A stretch of DNA of 64,000 bases from an uncultured Alphaproteobacteria bacterium (GTDB lineage: Bacteria; Pseudomonadota; Alphaproteobacteria; Rs-D84), in the NCBI GenBank assembly GCA_963540515.1, contig CAUTNA010000003.1, forward strand, positions 7,301 through 71,300, written 5' to 3'. A program made the position numbers and the translations under genes. The notes beneath the pieces were generated by a model that saw only the letters and a program-made list of their open reading frames with translations, did no database searches and was not told where the DNA came from. Of this stretch, positions 31,205 through 41,500 are shown piece after piece (position 1 is the stretch's first letter; every line of letters starts with the position of its first letter).

Positions 31205-32279
31205 TTAAATTATACTTTTTAAGTATTCCAGCATAAAGTTATCTATATCACCATCAAGAACTTCATCTGAATTTGTATTTTCAAAACCAGTGCGTACATC
31301 TTTTACTAATTTATAGGGGTATAAAACATAGTTTCGTATTTGACTTCCCCATTCAATTTTTTTTTGGTTTTCTTTTTCTTTGTCTTCAATTTCTTTTCTT
31401 TTCTTTAATTCTAAGTCATAAAGACGGCTTTTCAATATTTTCATTGCCATTTCTTTATTTTGAATTTGAGATCTTTCATTTTGGCATGTTACAACAGTAT
31501 TTGTTGGAATATGTGTTATTCTTACTGCACTGTCTGTTTTATTTACATGTTGTCCACCAGCACCACTGGACCTATATGTATCTATACGAAGATCTTTATC
31601 ATTTATTTCAATTTCTATATCGTCATTAATATCTGCCCAGACATCTATTGAGGCAAAACTTGTTTGACGCTTTCCATTTGCATTAAATGGAGATATTCTT
31701 ACAAGTCTATGAACTCCAATTTCTGATTTGAGCCAACCATAAACATTTTTACCTGATATTTTATAGGTTATATTTTTAAGTCCAGCAGTATCCCCAATCC
31801 TCTCGTCCACAACTTCTAATTCAAAATTATGCCTTTCTGCCCATCTTTTATACATTCGTGATAACATTTCTGCCCAATCTTGTGCCTCAGTGCCACCAGC
31901 ACCTGCTTGAATAAATATAAAAGCATTATTGTCATCTATAGTTTCTTTGAAAAGTGTCAAAATTTTTAAATTATTAATTTTCTCAGATAAAATATTTATA
32001 TCTTTTTCAATTAAAGTATCATTTGGGTCTAATTCATATAATTCTTTTAAATAATTAAAGTCTGATTCTAAACTTAAAAAATCTGTTAAAGTTTTTTCAA
32101 GGTTTGATTTTTTCTGAAGTATTTTTTTAGCTTTTTCTGCATCTGTCCAAAGTTCTGGATTGTTTATATTTTTGTTTAATTCTTCGATTTCTTTCTCTAT
32201 ATAAGGAATGTCAAAGAAACCCCCTTATTGATAAGAGATTATCTTTTAAATAGTTAAAAATATTTATATCAACTGACAT
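31205..32279 (-). CDS. prfB: Peptide chain release factor 2, requiring the programmed +1 frameshift
   Basis: Frame 0: MSVDINIFNYLKDNLLSIRGFL then TGA. The +1 frame continues DIPYIEKEIEELN... into the track ORF 31205-31960, which carries the GGQ motif (SGAGGQHVNKTDSAVR). Confidence 0.95.
32210..32225 (-). promoter_or_regulatory. RF2 autoregulatory recoding site (SD-like AGGGGG, then CTT TGA C)
   Basis: The minus strand reads AGG GGG TTT CTT TGA C. This is the canonical slippery CUU-UGA-C with an internal Shine-Dalgarno 3 nt upstream. Confidence 0.9.
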
Positions 32280-32388
32280 AAGATTTATATTAATTAAAAA
32301 CTGATAAAAATCAATTAATATAAATTAATATTTTATATTTTATTAATTTATGATAAAATCTATAATTAAGATAATGTAGGTTAAGGTT

Positions 32389-33585
32389 GTGATTTTTTCT
32401 AAATTATATATTTTTTCTTTTTTATCTCTATTTTTTATGCAATCCAGTTTTGCTGTATCTGCTGGTATGATTGGAGTTCCAGATCAGGCACGAGGTGCAG
32501 TTGATAACTCACGAGGTAAAAGAATGACTCAAATGTATTTTAGTAGTCAAAGAAAAAACTATTATTTACTAAATCAACCTGATGTTGATAGTGCATGCAG
32601 AGATAAAATATATAAATGTTTATCTAATTATTGTGGTGATGTAACTGCGGTTCCTGGTCAAAGAGGCACAAGATGTACATATACATCTGAAACTGAATTA
32701 TATAATTATGCAACTTTATGTATTCAAAAAGATATAAGTGTATTACTTCCACAATATCAAAATGATTCAATTAATCGTGATGGAGGCGGTGGATCTAATA
32801 CTGCTGCACATTTATGTCCAAAATATATACAACAAGAAGTTTTATCTTATTTATCTATGTCAAATATGGCGGATCAATTAAGTAAATCAAGATCAAGTTT
32901 ATGTATTCAAAGAAAGCAAGAATTAGAAGCTGCACTTGCATGTCATGCTGTATCAGTCAGTTATGGTAATGAAACAACTAGTATGCTTACCAGCAGACTT
33001 ACTGATTCATGTGGAAATGGTGTACCAGGAGGATCCGCTGAAATGGTATCTCGTTTTGCAAATGCTGGAAATCTTGGGGCAAATATTTGGGGTTGGGCTG
33101 AAAAGATTGTAAGTATGGAAATGAATAAAAAAGGGGCAGATTGGAGAAATGCAATTGATTCAATACTTGCAAATTATACTAATAGAATGAATTTGGCTTG
33201 TGGAGATAATATGAAATTAAATACAGTTTCTAAGGAATCAAATTCTTCTATTAATCAAAATGGTATGGTTAATAAAACAAGTTTTCCAAATGCGAAAAAA
33301 GAAGTTTTTAATAATTTATGGTTAAAAGTTCAAAGTATGATTGATATTTATGATAGTGAAATTGCTAATCAAGTAGTTCAAGCAGGACTTACAAACGATA
33401 TTACAACACAGAATGAATTTTTATCTACTTCTCAAATGGATAATATGCAGAAGGCGTATAAAAGTGGAACAAAAGTTTTTATACTTTCAGATTCTGCAAG
33501 ATGTTTTATAACAGTATTTGGAGAACTTTCTGATGATGAAAAATCATTGGTTGCCCAAACATTTGCAGGGTGTGTAAATAGGTGA
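32389..33585 (+). CDS. Secreted Cys-rich hypothetical protein (398 aa)
   Basis: GTG start after AAGG; signal peptide LSLFFMQSSFAVSAG; about 14 Cys. The stop lies 9 nt before the start of copy C. Confidence 0.6.
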   Translation: MIFSKLYIFSFLSLFFMQSSFAVSAGMIGVPDQARGAVDNSRGKRMTQMYFSSQRKNYYLLNQPDVDSACRDKIYKCLSNYCGDVTAVPGQRGTRCTYTSETELYNYATLCIQKDISVLLPQYQNDSINRDGGGGSNTAAHLCPKYIQQEVLSYLSMSNMADQLSKSRSSLCIQRKQELEAALACHAVSVSYGNETTSMLTSRLTDSCGNGVPGGSAEMVSRFANAGNLGANIWGWAEKIVSMEMNKKGADWRNAIDSILANYTNRMNLACGDNMKLNTVSKESNSSINQNGMVNKTSFPNAKKEVFNNLWLKVQSMIDIYDSEIANQVVQAGLTNDITTQNEFLSTSQMDNMQKAYKSGTKVFILSDSARCFITVFGELSDDEKSLVAQTFAGCVNR

Positions 33586-33594
33586 GGTATATTT

Positions 33595-34272
33595 ATGAAA
33601 AAGTTTTTAATTTTTATGTTTTTTATATCTTTTTCTGTTTTGGATACGAAAGGTGTGTTTTCAGAAGAGCTTAACCAACAAGATTCTATTCAGAATTTAA
33701 ATGACAGTTTAAGAGAAGATAATGAAAGTTTAAGATCTCAAATTACTCAAAAAGAGGAGGAAATAGAACAAAAAGAACAAGAATTAGCTGAAAAGCAAAG
33801 TGAACTAGAAGCTGCACAACTAGAAGCTAAAGAAAAAGGTAGTGAGTTAGAAGATACAAAATCAAAATTACGAAAATTGCAGAGAAAAACAAAGATATAT
33901 AGTAATACAGATAATTGGCCTAATCCAAAAGGACATGATACAAGTATAACACCTATTAGTCTTGGTGTAAGTACTAAAGATTCAAATAAAAATAACAAAG
34001 AAATTTCAAATAAGAAAATTGAAGAATTAAGTAATAAAATAAAATCGGGTTTAAAAGTAAGTGTATGGAAAGATAAAGATGGAAAATTTAATAAACACAG
34101 ATTATTATCAGACAGTATAGCGGGAGTAGTACTAGGAACTGCCGGAGGACTTATAACAAGTACAGTAATGAAGAAAGTACAAGTAAAAAATAGTTATGAA
34201 GACATACAGTGTACAATAAACGGTCAATCAGTAGCATCTTATGGTGATGAGTTCAGTGTCGGTATTAAGTAA
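33595..34272 (+). CDS. Secreted protein, copy C of the constant-tail family (coiled-coil head)
   Basis: Signal peptide MKKFLIFMFFISFSVLDTKG, Glu/Lys/Gln coiled coil, then the same tail (KVSVWKDKDG...EFSVGIK). Confidence 0.75.
   Translation: MKKFLIFMFFISFSVLDTKGVFSEELNQQDSIQNLNDSLREDNESLRSQITQKEEEIEQKEQELAEKQSELEAAQLEAKEKGSELEDTKSKLRKLQRKTKIYSNTDNWPNPKGHDTSITPISLGVSTKDSNKNNKEISNKKIEELSNKIKSGLKVSVWKDKDGKFNKHRLLSDSIAGVVLGTAGGLITSTVMKKVQVKNSYEDIQCTINGQSVASYGDEFSVGIK
34054..34272 (+). repeat. 219-nt conserved C-terminal coding module, copy C
   Basis: Aligns without gaps to copies A and B. The differences are mostly third-position synonymous. Confidence 0.9.
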
Positions 34273-34296
34273 ATTATATTTTTTAAGGACTTTTAT

Positions 34297-34326
34297 AAAC
34301 TCAACCTTTGTGTTGAGTTTTTTTAT
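34297..34326 (+). terminator. Rho-independent terminator after copy C
   Basis: aaactcaac-ctttgt-gttgagttt followed by a T-run. Confidence 0.6.
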
Positions 34327-34778
34327 TTATTATCTAAATCTATAATTTTATTAATATTTATATTATTTATAAAAGTTTCATCATGAGATACAATCAAAAT
34401 TGCACCTTTGTATTGATTTAATGCATCTTCTAAAACTTCAATACTTTTAATATCTAAGTTATTAGTTGGTTCATCAAGTAACAATATATCTGCATCACTT
34501 GCAAAAGCTTTATTAAGTTCAATTAATTGTTGTTCTCCTCCACTTTTATTATCAGATATATTTATCTGATTTAATAAATAAGTGCTTGCATTTGAAATAA
34601 TTTTACTACTGGATATTTCTAATTTATTTGATAGAAGCTCTAGGAGAGTGCTTTTTCCAACTCCATTTTCCCCAATGATTGCGACTTTTGATTTATCATT
34701 AAAACTGATTGATAAATCATAAAATAAACATTCTTGCCCACAAGAAAAAGAAACATTTAATAAAGATATTGATTTCAC
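34323..34778 (-). CDS. Unusually short stand-alone ABC ATPase domain protein (151 aa)
   Basis: GTG start; Walker [10 protein letters not shown], signature SGGEQQ, Walker [13 protein letters not shown]-loop VSHD. The spacing between Walker A and the signature is much shorter than in normal ABC domains and resembles an ABC-F half. Confidence 0.6.
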   Translation of the reverse strand: MKSISLLNVSFSCGQECLFYDLSISFNDKSKVAIIGENGVGKSTLLELLSNKLEISSSKIISNASTYLLNQINISDNKSGGEQQLIELNKAFASDADILLLDEPTNNLDIKSIEVLEDALNQYKGAILIVSHDETFINNININKIIDLDNK

Positions 34779-34911
34779 GATAAAGCCTTTAATATAATTT
34801 TATTTTTTTGAAATTCTCAATTTTTTTATAAAATTATATTATTAACATCAGCCTTTACCCTTAATTTTAAAATGTCCTCTAAACGTATAATACTTTTTTA
34901 AAGTAAAGTAT

Positions 34912-35259
34912 TTATTTTATAACGGATATTACTATATCAAGAACACCATATTTATCAATTTCATCTTTTGGATAATATTTTGTCATCTCAATATCTATAT
35001 TATCTTCTTTACTAAATCCACAATTTTCTTTACCAGTAATGTTTGTAAGTTCTGAAAAACTATTAAAATTACACAGTCCTATAACTTTACAAGTTATTTG
35101 TTCTTTTGTATTAACATTTGTAAATAAAATAATATCATTCAATTTTATATTTTTTCTTTTTTCATCATTTAAACGAAGTTCTATAGTTTTCAAATTATTT
35201 TTAATTTGATTAAATGGAAGTTCATTTAAATTCATTTCAATTTTCATATTAAAATCCAC
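34912..35259 (-). CDS. Small ASCH/PUA-like domain protein
   Basis: LNELPFNQIKNNLKTIELRLNDEKRKNIKLNDIILF... matches the ASCH-like beta-barrel pattern. Follows rfbB directly. Confidence 0.5.
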   Translation of the reverse strand: MDFNMKIEMNLNELPFNQIKNNLKTIELRLNDEKRKNIKLNDIILFTNVNTKEQITCKVIGLCNFNSFSELTNITGKENCGFSKEDNIDIEMTKYYPKDEIDKYGVLDIVISVIK

Positions 35260-35263
35260 ATTT

Positions 35264-36268
35264 TTATAAATACCACTTTACCGTTTTTATAATACCTGTA
35301 TCAAATGTCTCTTCTGCTTTCCAACCTAGTTCTGTTTCAAGTTTTGTTGCATCAATTGCATATCTGAAATCATGTCCAGCTCTGTCTTCCACAAATTCGA
35401 TTAATTCAGAGTATTTGGCTCCATTTTTACGTGGCATTTTTTCATCTAAAATTTCACAAATTTTATTAACAATTGTTATATTCTTTCTTTCATTGTGTCC
35501 GCCAATATTATATGTCTCACCTGATTTTCCTTTATGAAATATTAAATCAATTGCTTTGCAGTGATCTAAAACATATAACCAATCTCTTATATTTAATCCT
35601 TTTCCATAAATAGGTAATGGTTTTTCTTCTAATGCCTGTTTTATTATATGTGGAATTAGTTTTTCATTATGTTGCTTTGGTCCATAATTATTAGAACAAT
35701 TTGATGTAGTAATATTCATTCCAAATGTATGATGATAAGCGCGTACTATAAAATCAGAACTTGCTTTACTTGCAGAATAGGGCGAGTTTGGGGCATAAGG
35801 TGTTTTTTCTGTAAAATATCCAGTCTCTCCTAGTGTTCCGTATACTTCATCAGTTGAAATATGATGAAAACGACAATCTTCATAACCAAGTTTTATTTTA
35901 TTGGGGGCCTCCATCCAAGATTTAAACGCAACATCAATTAAATTAAAAGTCCCGTTTATGTTGGTTTTTATAAAGGCATCTGGATTTTTTATTGAATTAT
36001 CAACATGGCTTTCTGCTGCGAAATGAATAACTCCTTTTATATCATTTTCTTTAAATAATTTTTCTATCAAAAGTCGATCACAAATATCACCTTGTATAAA
36101 CTTATAATTATTCATCTTTTCACATTCTTTAAGATTATCTAAATTCCCTGCATAAGTTAATTTATCTAAATTAATAATATTATAATTAGTATATTTTTCA
36201 CAAAAATATGGAATGAAATTTGAACCAATAAATCCAGCCCCTCCTGTTATTAAAATTGTCTTAGACAT
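35264..36268 (-). CDS. rfbB: dTDP-glucose 4,6-dehydratase
   Basis: MSKTILITGGAGFIGSNF, YSASKASSD, PKQHNEKLIP. Start taken at ATG 36268 (the track ORF extends to 36289). Confidence 0.95.
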   Translation of the reverse strand: MSKTILITGGAGFIGSNFIPYFCEKYTNYNIINLDKLTYAGNLDNLKECEKMNNYKFIQGDICDRLLIEKLFKENDIKGVIHFAAESHVDNSIKNPDAFIKTNINGTFNLIDVAFKSWMEAPNKIKLGYEDCRFHHISTDEVYGTLGETGYFTEKTPYAPNSPYSASKASSDFIVRAYHHTFGMNITTSNCSNNYGPKQHNEKLIPHIIKQALEEKPLPIYGKGLNIRDWLYVLDHCKAIDLIFHKGKSGETYNIGGHNERKNITIVNKICEILDEKMPRKNGAKYSELIEFVEDRAGHDFRYAIDATKLETELGWKAEETFDTGIIKTVKWYL

Positions 36269-37080
36269 TTTTTTAATCCTTCGCTCCAATGGTTAATTTC
36301 TATATTAAATGTTTCTTTAATTTTTGTTTTATCTAAAACACTATAAAAAGGTCTTGTTGCTTTAGTTGGATATTTAAAACTTGGAATTGGATTTACCTTA
36401 CAATTAAGATTTGATAACTCCATAATTCTTACAGCAAAATCATACCATGAACAAACACCTTCATTAGTATAATGATAAATACCTTTATTAGTTTCGTTTA
36501 TTTGTGGTAATATTTTTACGATAGCATCGGCTAAATCTCCTGCATAAGTTGGTGATCCAATTTGATCTGAAACAACATTAATTTTTTCTTTTTCTTGTCC
36601 GAGTCTTATCATTGTTTTTAAAAAATTATTACAATAAGAGGAATAAAGCCATGCTGTTCTTAGAATAATTGCATTATTTGAATTTTTTAAAATTTCTTCT
36701 TCACCTTTTCTTTTTGTTTTTCCATAAACAGAAATAGGATTGGTATTATCTTCTTCTTTATATGGTTTATTAGAATTGCCATCAAATACATAATCTGTTG
36801 AAATATGAATAAGTTTTAATCCCATTTTAGCTAAATTATAAGGACCAATAACATTTGTTTTGTATGCAGTATCAAGTGTCTCTTCTGCTTTATCAACAGC
36901 AGTGTATGCTGCACAATTTATAATAGTTTTAATGTCATTATTTTTTATAAATGAATTGACTGCATCTAAATCTGTTATATCTAAATCTGATGACCCAACA
37001 GATATTGCCTCTGGTAAGAGATTTTTTAATTCTCTGCCTAATTGACCAGTTGCTCCAGTTATTAATATTTTATCTTTCAT
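36250..37080 (-). CDS. rfbD: dTDP-4-dehydrorhamnose reductase
   Basis: MKDKILITGATGQLG, ISTDYVFDG, YGKTKRKGEE, RTAWLYS. Confidence 0.9.
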   Translation of the reverse strand: MKDKILITGATGQLGRELKNLLPEAISVGSSDLDITDLDAVNSFIKNNDIKTIINCAAYTAVDKAEETLDTAYKTNVIGPYNLAKMGLKLIHISTDYVFDGNSNKPYKEEDNTNPISVYGKTKRKGEEEILKNSNNAIILRTAWLYSSYCNNFLKTMIRLGQEKEKINVVSDQIGSPTYAGDLADAIVKILPQINETNKGIYHYTNEGVCSWYDFAVRIMELSNLNCKVNPIPSFKYPTKATRPFYSVLDKTKIKETFNIEINHWSEGLKKCLRQF

Positions 37081-37636
37081 CAGGAATATCTTTTAATTTA
37101 TTAGCCATTCTATCTTTTTCAGATGTAATAACCTTATTATTTGGTATTTTCCAGTCTATACCAATTTCTTCGTCATCATATCTTATACCAAACTCAGATT
37201 CCTTGCAGTAAAAATTATCACATTTATAAGCAAAAACGGCTGTTTTACTTAAGACAGAAAATCCATGTAAAAAACCTCTTGGAATAAATAATTGACATTT
37301 ATTTTCATCTGATAATTCAACTGCAACATGTTTACCAAATGTTTTTGAATTTTTACGAATATCTACTGCTACATCTAAAACACTACCTTCTAAAACTCTT
37401 ACAAGTTTTGCTTGTGCGTGTTCTCCAAGTTGACAGTGTAGACCTCTTATAACGCCATAGCAAGATTTGGACTGATTATCTTGTACAAAGCGATTTTTTA
37501 TTCCATTTTTAATAAATTCTTCTTCATTATAACTTTCAAAGAAGTATCCCCTAGAATCCTCAAAAAATTTTGGTTCTATAATAATAACATCATCAATTTC
37601 TGTTTTTATAAAATTAAAACTCATGTTTTTCCTCAT
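37070..37636 (-). CDS. rfbC: dTDP-4-dehydrorhamnose 3,5-epimerase
   Basis: FEDSRGYFFESYN, RGLHCQ, AKLVRVLEGSVLDVAVDIR, GFLHGF. The start is possibly the internal MSFNF. Confidence 0.92.
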   Translation of the reverse strand: MRKNMSFNFIKTEIDDVIIIEPKFFEDSRGYFFESYNEEEFIKNGIKNRFVQDNQSKSCYGVIRGLHCQLGEHAQAKLVRVLEGSVLDVAVDIRKNSKTFGKHVAVELSDENKCQLFIPRGFLHGFSVLSKTAVFAYKCDNFYCKESEFGIRYDDEEIGIDWKIPNNKVITSEKDRMANKLKDIPDER

Positions 37637-38498
37637 AAACTTTTTTTAAATATTTTTTATAATCTCCATCTTTAAGAGAATCTATTGTTTTCTTCATTTG
37701 TTCATCACTCATAAAACCTTTATGATATGCGATTTCTTCAATACATGCAATTTTTAATCCTTGTCTTTTCTCTATGATTTGTACAAATTGTCCTGCTTCC
37801 ATTAAACTGTCAGGTGTACCTGCATCAATCCAAGATGTTCCTCTTCGCATTGGTATAACATTAAGCCTTTCTTCTTTTAAATATAGATTATTTAAATCTG
37901 TTATTTCTAATTCACCCCTTTTTGATGGCTTTAAATTTTTGGCTTTTTGGGCAACATCGCTTGGATAAAAATAAAGACCGACAGATGCATAATTAGATTT
38001 TGGCTTAATTGGCTTTTCTTCTATTGAAATTGCTTTGAAATCTTTATCAAATTCAACAACACCAAAACGTTCTGGGTCGGACACGTGATGAGCAAAAATT
38101 GTTGCTTGTTTTCCTTTGTTTTTTATAACTTCGTCTTTAAATATTTTTATCTGTCCCCCCATATAAAAAACATTATCCCCTAAAATAAGGCAGACATCAT
38201 CATCTCCAATAAAATCCTCACCAATTATAAAAGCTTCAGCAATTCCTTTTGGTTCGTTTTGTACTTTATATTGTATGTTAAGTCCTAAATGTTTTCCGTT
38301 GCCAAATAATTTTTCAATGTTTGGTATGTCTCTTGGAGTTGATATAATCAAAATATCATTGATACCAAATAACATTAATGTTGATAATGGATAATATATC
38401 ATTGGTTTATCATAAACAGGTAATAATTGTTTAGATGTTGTTTTTGTAAGTGGATATAGTCGAGTTCCACTACCACCCGCTAATATTATTCCTTTCAT
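37614..38498 (-). CDS. rfbA: Glucose-1-phosphate thymidylyltransferase
   Basis: MKGIILAGGSGTRLYPLT..SKQLLPVYDKPMIYYPLS, RGELEITD. Confidence 0.95.
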   Translation of the reverse strand: MKGIILAGGSGTRLYPLTKTTSKQLLPVYDKPMIYYPLSTLMLFGINDILIISTPRDIPNIEKLFGNGKHLGLNIQYKVQNEPKGIAEAFIIGEDFIGDDDVCLILGDNVFYMGGQIKIFKDEVIKNKGKQATIFAHHVSDPERFGVVEFDKDFKAISIEEKPIKPKSNYASVGLYFYPSDVAQKAKNLKPSKRGELEITDLNNLYLKEERLNVIPMRRGTSWIDAGTPDSLMEAGQFVQIIEKRQGLKIACIEEIAYHKGFMSDEQMKKTIDSLKDGDYKKYLKKVYEEKHEF

Positions 38499-38516
38499 CT
38501 TTTACCTCTTTATTTA

Positions 38517-41500
38517 TTAAATAATATCTTTATATTTATTGAAAAATAAATTAATTCTATCTAGTACTTTATTTGTTTTTTTATCTCTTTTATTATCTTT
38601 TGTAAATAATGATATTGGTGGTAATATTTCGCTAAAATTTGTACCTACATCTTGTACAAATCCATTTTTAAAAGAATTTTCAATAAAATTATAAGTTTCT
38701 TTTTCTTTTAATTTTTCTTCTGATATTATTTTATCTAGATCAATTTTTCTTTGTTGGTTTATATAATTTTTCCATTCTTCATATATATCAGAATTTGGTA
38801 TTAAAGAATTTATAAAATTAATAATTAAATCTTTTTTACTTCTAAGCTCTATACTTGAATCTATAGATTTTTCTATATTTATAATAATTTCCTTATCCTT
38901 TTTATCTGTTTCTTGATATTTCTTTACCAACATAAGAATATAATCTATATTTATTTCAACTTGTTTTATTAATTCTATTTCAAAGACAAGGTCATCATTA
39001 ATATTTTCAGTATTACTTTTATTTTTGTTTCTCCACGATTCATACAATTCAATATACATACTGTGATAATCTTGAGTATCTCTTTGAGTTAATATTTCTT
39101 GTCCTTTAAAATCATCAAAAGTTTCCAGTATATTTCTTAACTTTAAAATATTTCCATATAATTTAATAAAATCTTTTTGGTCTTTTTCTGTATTTATCAT
39201 TTGTCCAACAGGATATTTATTTTGTAATTCTGAAATTAAATCTAGATAGGATCTTACATCAAGACCTTTATCATCTTTATAACCATACTTATAATATTCA
39301 TCAAATGTTTTTAATAAGACAATACCTTTTGCATCCTTATTCCCAAATAGAGCGATACTTTTATTTGTTTCTTCTTCAAGATTTCTAAAACAAACAATAT
39401 TTCCAAATGCTTTTATACTGTTTAATATTCTGTTTGTTCTTGAATATGCTTGCAGTAGTCCTTGCATTTTTAAATTTTTATCAACCCATAAAGTATTTAA
39501 TGTTGGTGCATCAAATCCAGTTAAAAACATATTAACAACAATAAGTAAATCAATATCTCTGTTTTTTACTCTTAAAGATACATCCTTATAATAATTTTGA
39601 AACTTATCACTGGAAGTATCATAAGTAGTATTAAATAGTTTATTGTAATCTTTTATTGCTTCTTCTAAAAAATCCCTACTGCTTTTATCAAGCGCTTCTG
39701 TGTTTTCTGGATTTTCATCATCAAAATTATCTATACTATTGTCATCAGTATTGGGTGAATAACTGTAAATAAGAGCAATTTTTAATTTTTTATTAATATC
39801 TTGTTCCATTTGTTTTTGAAACTCTGTATAGTATAATTTTGCCGCCTCAATTGAAGAAACCGCGAATATAGAATTAAATCCTGTCATTCTTATTTTTTCT
39901 TTTATTTCTTCAATTTTTTGTTTTTTTGATTTAGATATTTCTTTTATATTGGTCAATTTATTAAATTCGTAGGAACTTGTATTTCTTTTAGTATATTGAT
40001 TAAAGTGGGTTAGAATATAATCAACTATTTTTGATATCCTTAGAGGGGACATTAAAGCTTTCTCTCTGTTTATATCCTGAACCTTTTCATCTTTTATATT
40101 TTCCTCTGCTTTCATAGTAGAATGATAATAAACCTTAAAAGGTAAAACATTTTTATCATTAGTAGCATCCACAATTGTATAAGTATGCAGTTTATCTCCA
40201 AATATTTGCTCTGTTGTTTTTAAAATAGTTGTTCCACTTTTATAAGCGTTTTCAGAAAAAATAGGTGTTCCTGTAAATCCAAATAAATTATATTTTTTGA
40301 AATTTTTTATAATAAGACTGTGTTGATCTCCAAATTGGCTTCTATGACATTCGTCAAATATAAAAACAATGTGCTTATTATAGACAGGATGATCTTTATT
40401 TTGTTTTATAAAATAAGTAAGTTTTTGGATTGTTGTGATTATAATCCTAGCATTGGAATCCTCTAATTGACCTTTTAATACAGCGGTGCTTGTATTACTG
40501 TTTGCGGCACCTTTTTCAAAATTGTCATATTCTTTCATTGTTTGACAATCAAGATCTTTTCTATCAACAACAAATAAAACTTTATCTATTTCAGGAATTT
40601 CTGTTGCAAGTTGTGCAGTTTTAAAACTTGTTAATGTTTTTCCGCTTCCTGTTGTATGCCAAACATAACCACCCGCATTAATAGTTCCATAAGTTTTATT
40701 ATTTATTGAAATTTTTATTTTATTTAAAATTTGTTCCGCAGCAAATATTTGGTAAGGTCTCATAACTAATAAAATATTATCAGTCGTAAATACACAATAT
40801 TTTGTTAAAATATTTAAAATCGTATGTTTTGCAAAGAAAGTTTTTGTAAAATCTATTAAATCTGTAATAGGTTTATTTTTTGAATCTGCCCACCAACTTG
40901 TAAATTCAAAACTGTGACTTGTTTTTTTGTTTGATGTTTTATTTAATTCTTTTATATGGCTTTCTCTGGTAGTATTACTATAATATTTTGTATAAGTTCC
41001 ATTTGAAATTACAAAAATTTGTATATATTGAAATAATCCATATTCAGACCAGAAACTTTCTTTTTGATACCTGTTTATTTGATTAAAAGCTTCTTTTATA
41101 TCAATACCCCGTCTTTTTAGCTCTATATGAATAAGAGGAAGACCGTTAACCAATATAGTTACATCATATCTATTTTTGTGATTTCCTTCTTCTGCAACAT
41201 ATTGATTTATAACTTGTAAATAATTATTATGGATGTTGTCTTTATCTAAAAGTTTAATATTTTTTGTTGTTCCATCTTTAAGTTTATATGTTTTAGTAGA
41301 ATCTTTTTGTATTGTTTTTGTCTTTTCTGCTATTGCGTCTTTTCCAGTTTCTTGACCTTTTATGTGTGTTTTAAAGAACTCATTCCATCCATCATCATCA
41401 AATTTATAATTATTCAATTTTTCTATTTGATGTCTCAAATTAGTTATTAATTCTTCTCCTGTATGTATTGGTAAATACTCATAAGCTTGAGATGTAAGTT

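Noticed and set aside
31205-31960. prfB as a truncated gene or pseudogene
   Set aside because: The missing N-terminus is recovered through the canonical CTT-TGA-C +1 frameshift site with an upstream AGGGGG.
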